From Balanoglossus misakiensis (taxonomy: Eukaryota > Animalia > Hemichordata), in contig CM082588.2 in the NCBI GenBank assembly GCA_040954595.2, positions 7,610,844 to 7,674,843 on the forward strand: a stretch of DNA of 64,000 bases, in the 5' to 3' direction. A program made the translations under genes and the position numbers. The notes under the pieces were generated by a model that searched no databases, was not told the origin of the DNA, and saw only the letters and a list, made by a program, of their open reading frames with translations. Position 1 is the first letter of the stretch; each line of letters starts with the position of its first letter. This document shows, in pieces, positions 41,361 to 53,551 of the stretch.

Positions 41361-44264
41361 CGTCAATATCATCGATGAGCAGAGATCGGCTACACAGTTC
41401 CGCGGCACAGTTGCAAATGTCGCTTAAAATCACATGCTTACATGGCTAGAGTTTCTTCTCTCGCTGTGACAGCACTTAAATCCAGACAAATATAGAAATC
41501 CTTCAAACCGTAGTAGTACCAGCGTACACTCTCAATATCCACGACGCCTGGCAAATCAGTCACTATCCGATCGCGGGGTAAGACCGCATAATTATCCACT
41601 TGTGAAATCCCCTAATCTGTGTTGAAGAAACATCGCGGTATCAAGTGTTCATGTCGCCTCATGCTCGAGGAAGCAAGGAAAGTGAAACCCAATCGCTCGT
41701 AGATAAACGACCCTTCCCCAGTCAGAGCAACACTTACTTTCCTACCGCCATATTGTTGATATCGATTTTCATTAGGTTGCCCAGTCCCAAAACGAGGCCA
41801 ACAAAATGGCCGCCCTGGTGGCAGAGCAGCGCGTACAAAAATCAAATAATTTAAATTAAATAGGCATGGTAGGCGACAATGCCTCGACAATGGTAGCGTT
41901 AAGATAAATATTCATATTTTATAACATTCAGCTGATAACCCAATCACATTGACTGCAGTTACAATTAAAGGTTATCTGTTCTCTGGCTTCGCGAAGACAA
42001 ATCAAACCACCAAATCTCAAACTAGCGCCCTCAACGGTACGTTTGACAAAATTTTGATGTCCATCTTAGCAGTATACGGCCGTTCACGAACACTTGGAGA
42101 GAACTTAGACAACAAAATAGACCTAACACCAGATTCTGCCACACCATTAAAACATTTCAATTGTCTTAGTAGGACATTTTCAAACTGTTCAAAATAAACC
42201 CGTGGCAAGGACCTCCTTTTTTTTCTCATATGAAATCACAGAAGGACATGCAAAAAGTGGCCAATACTTGACTGACCATTAGATGGCCACCTGGTGAAAA
42301 TCTGTGACTGGTTCGATATTCTCTCTCTATGTTGACTGTGACTACCTATATAATGTGTCACAGATATGATCAACTATAAAGTGATTTTACTACAGACTTT
42401 TGAGGTCGCAATCTTTAACAACTGGTTGTCATGCTTGCCTGTACAGGGCAAGGATTATAGGCAATGCGCCGAAGCGCCCACACGCGACTGAATCTTTCAC
42501 TTTCAGTCTACAGAATTGCTATTTGTAAAATATTTGTACATGTATTGTGTTACGGTAACACCAACGTAACTAAACACGAATCCAAAGTCAATCGATAATA
42601 AAGAGTTATTCAGACTATAAAATAAATGTTCTTTCTTAGCTAGTTCGTGCTGAACCCCGCCACTTCATCCCAGCTGTAATTATCTGTATACTGCTTGCGA
42701 CAAGATTGTGACTGTATGCATAGACCCTGGAGTACCAGTGTCTATGTTGTATAAAGTAGGGCGTCTCTCATGACGTTTTATTAGAGTAACTGTAGTCGTT
42801 TGTATAGTGATTCTGACAAGATTTCAACTGCAAACATTGACCGTACATAGTCCAGTTGGTTGAGACCGCTATCTATATTTACTGAACAATACTACAATAA
42901 ATATGCATAGTCATAAAAAAATGTCCGCGACGATGTTATCAATCAACCTGCTTTCTGCCCTGTCGAAAATTCTGCTACCAATAAACATTTACAGTACGTA
43001 CATGGTGCACTTCTCAAGAGAAGAATGCAAGTTAGACATCCATCCTATGGTATAATTAGCTAGACACGTGGAGACTGAGGCGATAATCATGCGTTCTCTG
43101 CAACCTTCAGCTGCCGCCTCGGTTCTCAAGTGAATTTAGGGAGCTTACAGTTGTTGCGAACGGGGGGGGGGGGGGGGGCAGGGGGAGGAGATCACTAGAG
43201 GGGTTCATTTTGCAAACTTGTCCCGTGCAGGGAAAGGATGAAAATGATAACATTTTAGATTTGTAAAATGAACATAGAGATTATGGATAAATACAAATTC
43301 ATGCATAATTCTGTTTTTGATTATTTGATTTACCGACAAAATTTTCACTTCGGTAATCACACAAGTATTCCTTAAATCATTTTGTCATATGACCTTCACA
43401 TGCAATGAGGGACAGTCATATTTTATCACTGAATGTTTGATATGTGAAGCAAATTTGTATGTACTGGTTTCAAATTCGGGACTCTACAAACTTTCACGTA
43501 GGCAATGAAGTCCACACACGAAACCAATCGGTCAAATCTCCATCACTGAAAATTTGGTTCTGAGCTGAGCTTAAGGGCGCATGTTTATCTAAAAACAAAT
43601 GTAGTACAATTCAAATGTTTAATGGAAAACAACGGATTTCCAAGTACATATTTACCACGCAAACATTCAACAAGAAGTCATGCGAGAAACAGACACTGAC
43701 AATTGCCATGGTGACAATTCTGTCCATGCAGCCAGCAGTGAAAACAGAATTGTATTTTGTTCGTACATTATATTTGTTTTCAGGAAAGTGGAGTGATAAA
43801 TGCATTGGCGTAGTTGTTATTCGGATTTGTGAATTCTTCATGATGACGTTTTCATGATATCATGGGTTTGCAGAGTTATCAGCGGAGAGAGTCTACAGTG
43901 GACGATTCTATTTGAAGAGCGGGTAAGCTCACCCCCAGATCACAGCGTTACATTTTTATACGTCCGTCGGCCCAAAATGTGTATGGTGATTTAAGGATCG
44001 CGAAGAGTCGCAATTTATAAATGAGGGCGTGAGGGGAGGGGAATTACCTGGGGAGGGGCAGGGGACTAGTCATATAATAGAAATGCGCCACGGGGACCGC
44101 TACCTCTTATGAGACTGTCCGACCACAAACTTATCTGTCCCACCCTCCCATACAAATTTATCACTGGTCTTAGAGATTAGAAGTGTTTGCACAGCGCTAT
44201 AAAACTTTTCAGTTGACCATACTGCAAAACGGTTCTCGGTTCTGGTCGCGCAAAGATTCTCAAA

Positions 44265-45488
44265 ATGATGAAATTTGACGACGTTTTGGAGTATCTCGGG
44301 GAGTTCGGACCCTACCAGAAAAAGCTGTACTATCTGATATGCTTGATGGGTATTATTCCCGCCATGCATGCATTCGCTCAAGTGTTCCTGGCCGCCGAGA
44401 CCGACCATTGGTGTTACGCTCCCGAACTCAGCTACTACCAGACCAACTGTACAGACCCGCAAGACGTCTGTCTCCAATCGGTCAAAAATTTCACCCTGCC
44501 GTTAGAAGCTAGTTCCGATTCCTGCGGGAAGAGTCTGGTGCACAGTAATTGTTATCGCTATGACATCACGGGGATCGACTTCTATCCCGGCAAAGATGTT
44601 ACCCGGTACACGAACACAACCAAGAAATGTGACCACGGATGGCGATATGACCGCTCGCAGTACAAGTCAACTATCTTTCAACAGGTGGGTCAATTTATTG
44701 TCGTTTTGTCAATAAAACCATGTGCGAAAGAATAGTCTACCATAATATACATATTGGTTATAGTCTAGACTATATTGGGGTGTGCAAGATCATTATAACC
44801 TGATCCGAGGGATATGGTTTAATTTTAAGTTAATTAATCAAGTACGTCCAAGTCTTAAGTAAATTAGTAGCTGACTTTCCTGACAAATTATCTCTAACGC
44901 CCCCGAGAGTAAAACTGATCACCAAAAGCCTTCGGAGCAAATAATAATAATAAAATTCACGTCATGAATTTAAAGAGTGTTGTCTAACATTAGACTGAAC
45001 TTGAATCAACATCTGGCGTATAGCCTTTTTCTCTTGACAAAACTGATTCTTTTTAGTGCAATTTTCTGAAAAGTTTACCAGCGGTTAGTACAATACAGTA
45101 CAGTTCAGTTCTGTCTCAATGGGATAACTAGCTTCCAATAATAACACCACGTATCAGTTCCTGGCGATGGAACACAAGTGGCGATCAATTAGATTTTGGT
45201 CAGATTGTTCGTTGTACAGTGGATTATGTGTCAATATATTTCTTGGCTGCCGACTCGCTTTTCATTGAACTCTAACACGAGCGGGAATAGTTCATTACGA
45301 TTCTCTTAACGGTGCAATGTTCCCGATCCGGCCAATGTACACATATTTGCGTTTGTTATGTGTACATTTGAAGGGTGAAAATTGTCGCAAACCATCACCA
45401 CCACCACCACCACTACCACCACCACTATCACCACCACCACCACCACCACCACCACCACTATCACCATCACCATCACCATCACCATCAC

Positions 45489-45524
<36 letters not shown>

Positions 45525-48500
45525 TCACAAGATGCATATGACACTGCTGAATCTTAACAAAGTTCACCCCTGCTTGTGCCTTCGCCTGTCAGCACTATAC
45601 AGCTATACAGTTATATAACCCCCATTAGGACCATATAGGCGAACAAATACATGTAGTACATATGTCCCGATCAGTCGCACATCACGTACACAAGGTCGTT
45701 GGCTGCTTGTTTGCCATAATATTATCCACTACATCTATTTTCTAGGGTTTATTTTGTCGACACAATTTCTCTCAAGTGAAATGTTTTCTGCTCTTTTCTT
45801 CTGGAATCTTGCCAGATCAGATTGAAGTGTTAGGTCCCTGTCAACTAAGTCAATTGTGGGGTTTGCGAAATTGAGCCTTGAGTGTCCACCCCCTCCCCGT
45901 TGCAATATTTAGACTAACTTCTCCGGAGACAACATCAACCAAATTTGATAATAGAGAGGTTTGCTCCGAAACAACACTTGTTGCATAAACGTACATTGTT
46001 CAGCAAACTTTGCACTCGCGGCTCTCGTCATAACATCAATGGATAAAGAGGGTTATAAAGCTAATCTGCAAATCTGTAAATTTAGGTCATGGACCAGTGA
46101 ATGTTCAAAGTGCATAGGTGATGTTTACAGTATACACATGCAAACAAAAGATGTTGGCTAAGGAAAGTTGTGTTGCCAAACCTATCAATCAGACCTTGTT
46201 TAAACCTGAGCGTATGAAATAGCGTGTCATTTCTCAACAGTGATACTTTGATAGCTGAACAATCGTTTATAGGTCAACGAAGCACGGTTTATCACGTGCA
46301 GATGGTCTTGGAAAGCCAAGTCTTTCGTCTTGAGTCTTTCTTAACCGGACTTAAAGAAATGTGAAAACTCGACATGCGAGTGGTATAACATATCTGATGT
46401 TTGCTTCAGAGGCACAGCACGGACACGGCCTCTCAGGCGAAATTTCAAGAAATCTACAAAAGTTTGTTCACATGTCGTTTTATCTGGGCACGTTATCAGT
46501 CACGACCAAAAGTAGGCCGTTTTGACCTGTAACTGAGGTTTTAATACACACGCCCGTCACACTGAAAGAGCCATTGTAAAGCGGTTTGATAAGACTGCTT
46601 CTCATTGGTCAATTCCATTGTCAACTTATGTCCACTAGGTGCACAACAGGTGTTCATTTGAAGCGTCTCACAAAGGTGGTAGAAAGTGCGCCAGCTTGAG
46701 TCGAAATCGCGGGTCATTTAAAATGTTGCATTGGCATGCTGTTGTTCGATAGCACTACTTTATTTCCTAACCTACCACTATATAAATTGATCGATTAATA
46801 GAGCTAATGAATGGGCCTGTCTGTCTATCCCTCCAGAATAATATCAATCATGAAGGTGTGTTCAAATTTCTGTCCTTGATGCGTAGTAAGCAAAGCCAAT
46901 TTGCAAACTTGTACCAATTCATAATTTACATTTTCGGGAGGTTTTCGTCCCAGTGCCCATTGGTGTGTGTGGTTTGTCATGTTGAAATCTATTCAAATCG
47001 TTTATCTAGAGACCAATTCTTTTCTGCTCCAACCAGTGAGTATAACGACTCTCGCTCAATCTTCTAATTTTCAGTTTGACCTCGTCTGCGATCTGTACTA
47101 CCAGGGGGCGTTGTCCTCTTCAATGTACATGGTCGGGCTGTTCATCGGAGGTCTTCTGTTCGGTTACCTCTCTGACAAGTGAGTAAAATTATTGCTTTCT
47201 TTTATCAGTCCGTTTTGTATAAGTCACTTCAGACTGACAGAAAACCATGTCAATATTGACTAACACTTTCCCTTTATAGCGACCACCATTCAAGAAAATG
47301 TTTGTGTATACTTGCTTGGAGAACGTTGAACTTCGCCATCCAAGATTGGATTTTAGTTTGTCAAAAATAAATTCGCACAGTCACGTATGTATTGCTGTCT
47401 GTCTGTCTGTCTGTCTGTATGTATGTATGTATGTATGTATGTATGTATGTATGTATGTATGTATGTATGTATGTATGTATGTATGTATGTATGTATGTAT
47501 GTATGTATGTATGTATGTATGTATGTATGTATGTATGTATGTATGTATGTATGTATGCATGACGCAACAAACCACGAAGAAAAGTTAAAAGTAAGTTGTA
47601 AGAAAGTGGTCATTTGAATTTTCGACATGGCATATTCTAACACGAAATTTTACACTTAACTTAGGGCGGAACACCTTGACAAAATTTTCTTTGAATTTCA
47701 TAGAATTGGTCGCTTACCATCCGTGTTGATAGCCGTTACAGGAATAGCAGTGATGGGTACAGCTTGTGCATTCTCGCCAAACATCATCGCTTACTCAGTC
47801 TTTCGTATGGGAGTGGGCACCACGTGTATGGGTTGCTTTCTCGTTTCCTTCGTTATCGGTAAGTCAGCATTCACAAAGCACGACTGGCAGTACAGATTCT
47901 TTGATATCAAATGACGTCAGACGCGCTCAGGCGCAGTTTAGTTGGCATTCAAATTTCCAGCTGGCGGGCAACTTCAGCAACGTGGTGCAGACAAAGACAG
48001 CGCAGACGAAATGCAACGAGGCTGATGAGGCACCATACCTGATACATGTTATGTGTCTGGCTGTTCTAAAGTAAAAACATACTGGGAAAAACTTTTACTG
48101 GATGCCGAACTATTGCTTGCCCGTCACCTGGAAATTACAACGCCGTGGGTCACATGGCTAGATCACGTGATTGATAGTAGAGAATTAGAAGATTGGAAAT
48201 AGTTTACGCACCTTTGTTTATAACGAAATATGAGATTTCGGATATTGTCATTTGGTATAACGAGAAAGCAATTTGTAATATATATATTTATTTCGTTATT
48301 TCGTGTTCTTTTCATTAGGCACAGAATTTGTAGGTCCGTCTAAGCGAGTCTTCGCCGGAACTGTGATCGAATTTTTCTTCAGTTTTGGTTACATGCTACT
48401 CGCTCTGTTAGCGTACTTGATCCCATATTGGTGGATACTCCAATTGGTGATAAGCGTTCCATCTGCCGTGTTTGTGGTCTATTTTTGGTGAGTCGGGTAC

Positions 48501-51500
48501 AATGTTCATCAATTCGACACAATGCAATTCAAAAAGTATAAAATCCTTATAGCTTGAACCTTTAAAGCCCAAATGTGCAGATTTCTAATCAATACAATAC
48601 TTCAATCCTCCACTTTTACAAAGTCAGCAGACGACGCCATTTTGAATTTGATTTGGAGATTTTAACACCCACGTGGCTTAAAATTGATTCAGAGTCTTAC
48701 AATGGGCGGCTGAATAAACGGATGTGGCACCCGTTTATTATTCAGATATTTCACATTCATAATGTACAATCTACTACAATCAGATGTTGATAATGCGTTT
48801 ATGTATACCTATCAGTTAGTTTATTTCAATCATGTAAAAATGCAAAATGGCAGCTATCGACCGATCTTCCAAAACCTGTTCGGTCTGATGTGTCACCAGG
48901 AGCCCTATTCCCGGACGTCCTTGATGCATAAAATATTGTCGGTTATATTTAGGCGTATCTTCTTTTCAGGATTATTCCAGAATCTCCAAGATGGCTTCTG
49001 TCGACCGGAAGGACTGAGAGAGCCGAGAAGATTATAAGACAAATCGAAAAAGGAAATGGTGTACATGTACCGGACAGTGTCTACGAGAAAATGAGACAGG
49101 ATGCAAATGACATAGTAAGTTCGTGGATCTTGAACGCTGTATGATTCTCGGGTTAAAGTCGTGAAGGCTGTATGGGTATTTGCTTCAAAATTCTCAAAAT
49201 TGTTATCCAAAATAATATTGTCTAATTAAGCTAATATGTGACGCCTGTGGAAAAAATAATATTGGAAATTTCCTGTTTCGTTGTTTCTACCTTTCTCAGA
49301 TTTGTACCGCCACAATTTAAACGTGACCCTTCGATTTGTACCACAATCTTGGTTTCCAAAACCGATCCTGATTCAGGAGACATAACATATTGATACTTCC
49401 CGAGATTTCTATCGGTAAACAAATTAGTAAAGGCATATATTTTAGGCAGATAGCTTCGTTTTTCATGTCATACAATCACTTCAAACATTGATCAATGAAG
49501 TGACAACACATCCTGCTAATAACGTTGTCATAAAACTGAATTAAACAATAGATGACCAAAATGTGTCTTCTATTCTAGACTGGGAAAACAGAGGTGGGCG
49601 ATGAACACAAAGCAAGTGCTCTGGATCTGTTGCGTTATCCAAACATGAGGAAGAAATCATTGAATGTCTTCTACAACTGGTAAGCCTTAAAGGGACAAAG
49701 TCTCTCTCTCGCTGCCCTTTTTCCATTAATTACAGTATGTTTGATGCAAGACACCGTTTATGTTATTCTACAAGAGAATATATAGTGAATCAATGTTCAA
49801 CCACACACAACATCCATCCCACTTGTAGACACGAGAGTGAAAAACTCGCCAAAAGGAATATCGGTCTCTACCCTTTATTTATTTTGGGCGAGTGTTTACT
49901 CTCAAATCATACAAGCGGGAGGGAAGTTGTGTGTGGCTGAACGTTGATTCACTGCATATACACATGCACATTAAATTTGGCTTTCTCAATATTCATCGAC
50001 AGGTGTACCGTAAGTCTGGTGTACTACGGCCTATCGTTGAACACGTCTAACCTCGGCGGCAATGACTACCTCAATGCATTTCTATCTGGTGCAGTGGAGA
50101 TCCCAGCCTACTTGCTTAGTCTGTATATACCAGAAACAAGGCTTGGTCGACGATGGTCGATGTTTGCAACTGAGGTAATTGGGGGCGTAGCCTGTGTTCT
50201 TACACTATTTACTCCCAAATGTAAGTAGACCATATTCTCCTCCGCCGCTCCTTAGATCAATACCCCCTCTCTCCAATGGCTCTTGTTATTTTAACCCTTT
50301 CACCAGCATGGTTTGATCCAAGACCATTGTTTGCTGTGGTAAAGTTAGACCATTGCAGACGGCACTGGGGGTGAACGGGTTATAGGGACAATTATTACAG
50401 GCACAGTAATGCGACTCCGTGACCTCTGCGCGCGATATGTGCTCCGCTCGTGAAAGTCCTACGGCGGAAAACACCGCATCACGTGTTAAAATGCCGTGCA
50501 GTTCTGTTGTTATTTCCTACCTTTCCCCAGTGAAATTGAACTTTCGACCAGGGCCTTCTGATTGTCAGTACAGTGACGCGGCAGTCGCTGACGGAGACGG
50601 TCATTGATTGGCTCACGTGACTACAACGAAAACTGTCGATGTCACAGAAACCACGTGTACGAGAGCTGCTCCTGCAAATGTGTACGAGTTTTTGTTTTGC
50701 ATTTCGACAAATAATTCTGATATTGGGTAAACTTAAAGTTCTTTTCCATAACTTCCTCGTGTTTCCGTGAACTCAAAGAAAAGAATATTTCTACTTTATA
50801 CCAGGTGAAATGGAATGGATTGGAATAACATTGGCGATGCTTGGCAAGTTATGTATCTCAGCCGCGTTCGCTATCATTTATATTTTCTCTGCTGAACTGT
50901 ATCCAACGCCTGTAAGGTAAGATGATTCAGAATGCAAGGAAAACACCAAAATAGTTTTATGGTTAACTTCGGCCTGTAAAGTTGTTTCATTCATGCACGC
51001 ATGCGCAGTCTACAAATTCTAAATGACACATATTAACATTCAAACCTCGGGTGCACATTCAAGCCACGTCCGGTTAAAGTTAAGTTTCGTTCCATTATAC
51101 TAATACGAAAACTCGATCTTGGCCATATTACATTAATGTTTGGGTTGTATATTTTGATTTTTTTTTACAACAGGACAATTGGAATGGGATTGTCCTCCAT
51201 GTGTGCTCGTATTGGAGGAGTATTGGCGCCACAGATGATTCTGATTGGCCAGGTGTGGGAGCCCTTGCCAATTATCATATTTGGAGCAACGTCCATCTTG
51301 GCCGGCATCTTGGCATTGTTACTCCCAGAAACCAGAAATATGCAGTTGCCAGAGACCATCGGAGAGGGAGAACAGTTTGGAAAGTATGTATTCCCTAGGA
51401 ATTAGAAATTTCATATATTGGGCTAAAAATATTCTTTTCGACAGTATAACATTAAATGAAAGGGACAAAGTCTCTCTCTCGCTGCCCTTTTTCCATTAAT

Positions 51501-52101
51501 TATGTTTGATACAAGACACTGTTTATGTTATTCTACATGTGGATATATAGTGAATCAACATTCGACCACACACACCTTCCATCCCACTTGTAGTGGGATG
51601 AGAGTAAAAAACTCGCCAAAATGAATAATCAGTGTTTTCCATTTATTCATTTTGGCGAGATTTTTACTCTCATATCCTACACACGGGATGGAAGTTGTGT
51701 CGTTGAATGTTGATTCTCTATATATCCACATGTACGGTGTCTTGTATCAAACATAATTATTGGGAAAATGGCAGCGAGAGAGAGACTTTGTCCCTAATAA
51801 TAGTTTATGCCGCATCCTATACATGCCATAAGACTAGTTAGTACGCTGAGCTCAACTCTCGTTATTCATGTTGTTAGTACTTTCTGAGAATATTAATACG
51901 AATATTTCTTTTCCATCTACCAGGAAAACAAAGGGAAAGAAAGAAAAGGAGGGTGCCATGGTAACCAATGATGAAGGACCGGATAAGAAGTACTTGGTGG
52001 AGAAGAACAACGCAGCTGAAACAATCAACGGTGGAATTGACAACCCAGTCCACGACTCGGCCTTGGGAAGAAGCGTCGCAACTCAAACCACTGAGCTATA
52101 A
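44265..52101 (+). CDS. SLC22-family organic cation transporter (Orct-like), paralog A, 10 exons, 603 aa
   Basis: Exons 44265-44684, 47075-47178, 47704-47858, 48319-48487, 48970-49114, 49579-49679, 50003-50220, 50805-50916, 51174-51383, 51924-52101, all GT-AG and in phase. Motifs FDDVLEYLGEFGPYQ, FDLVCD, GYLSDKIGR, PESPRWL, YYGLSLN, AELYPTPVR, LLPET. Ends ...TQTTEL*. Confidence 0.95.
45391..45523. repeat. (CAC)n/(CAT)n compound trinucleotide repeat in intron 1 of paralog A
   Basis: Directly visible. Confidence 0.95.
47395..47556. repeat. (CTGT)n(ATGT)n microsatellite in intron 2 of paralog A
   Basis: Directly visible. Confidence 0.95.
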
Positions 52102-52208
52102 GCAAATCATCACCCATTCTTTTGTAAAAATCGAATGAGGCAGCGTCAACCTATATATTGACACTCAGTTTGTCTAATGTATACTTATGAGTTGATACCC
52201 TTGATTAA

Positions 52209-52483
52209 AGGGACAAAGTCTCTCTCTTCGACCACACACAATTTCCATCCCACCTGTAGACAGGAGCGTGAAAACCTCGCCAAAATGTATAATCGGTGTT
52301 TACCATTTATTCATTTTGGTGAGATTTTTACTCTCATATCCTATAAACGGGATGGAAGTTGTGTGTGGTCGAACATTGATTCACTATATATCTACATGTA
52401 GAATAACATAAACGGATAAACGGTGTATTGTATCAAACATAATTTTAATGGAAAAATGGCAGCGAGAGAGAGACTTTGTCCCT
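52209..52483. mobile_element. Kolobok/T2-type MITE about 110 nt downstream of the paralog A stop codon
   Basis: TTAA at 52205-52208 and 52484-52487; left arm partly deleted. Confidence 0.8.
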
Positions 52484-52860
52484 TTAAGCCATTGACGAGT
52501 CCAGTAAAAATCACAAAGAGATTAAAGAAACAACGACATGGTTCGTCATGAATTTGATATTTTGTCAGTGACACATACCACTAAAGGGTGGCAAACCAAA
52601 AATAGTGTTTATTATAATTATAAGCGTTGAGTATTACCCGGGAGTCACATTACCATACCTTCTACATTTTATAAATCCAGATAAAATCATTGATGTAGGG
52701 AATTTTTACCCGCATGTAACAGACGTGACCACAGATATCAGTTTAAAGTGCCATTTGTTTTATCATGTTTATTGAAGATGATCAGTATTAACCGAACGAA
52801 TCTGATGTACTGAGGTAGAACTGAATATTTCATGTTCTTACAGACCCATGTCATGCCATA

Positions 52861-53029
52861 CACCGTTTTCAAAAGTCTAGCGCCCTCAAACAGCCATCAT
52901 GAATTTGAACTCAAAGCGAGGCCAATGGATATAGTCGACCAATCACATTCAGGGGGTTTCCCAATTGGCCTCGCTTTGAGTCCAAATTCCTGATGGCTGT
53001 GTGAGGGCGCTGGACTTATGATCACAGTG
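52861..53029. mobile_element. TA-flanked palindromic MITE between the two SLC22 3' ends
   Basis: About 66-bp imperfect inverted arms (AGCGCCCTCA.ACAGCCATCA.GAATTTG.ACTCAAAGCGAGGCCAAT and its complement); TA on both sides. Confidence 0.75.
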
Positions 53030-53551
53030 TAGAAGAATGCAATTTTCACGTATTCACGTATCAGAATATTAAACTATGGTTTTGTCGTCATCTCTGTTGA
53101 TGACGTCACAATGCCTGGAAACAAATATTATTTCGAATGTTGGTTGTGAAAAAAAGTTCGTCAGACTGAAATCCTATGTAAACCTTCTTATCATGGCATT
53201 TATGCATACATCTATGCAATGCTCAGGAACGCCCTCTACGGGCAATTATAGGGAGCTACATACTACGTAGCCAGAAAGATTTAGATATTAAAAACTTTAC
53301 TCTATATACATCTCTAATTAATACTCGATACATTCAATATAAACTTTATGGATGTAACTGTCTTTGAATTTCACAAAGATTACAATAAATGGATATATTC
53401 TTACTCAGAAATTTGTTTCTTTCCCAACCCACTCGTGTATGTGTCTAATTAATTTTCCCTCAGCGCGTGCAAATGGGCTTACAAGTGTCGGGTCTTGAAT
53501 TGCTGTTGATTGTCATAAGAAAAGCACTTCAAGCCTGGCATACACAAATCC

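Noticed and set aside
45295-45618. Poly-His, poly-Pro, poly-Thr and poly-Asp/Gly ORFs
   Set aside because: Translations of an intronic (CAC)n(CAT)n microsatellite.
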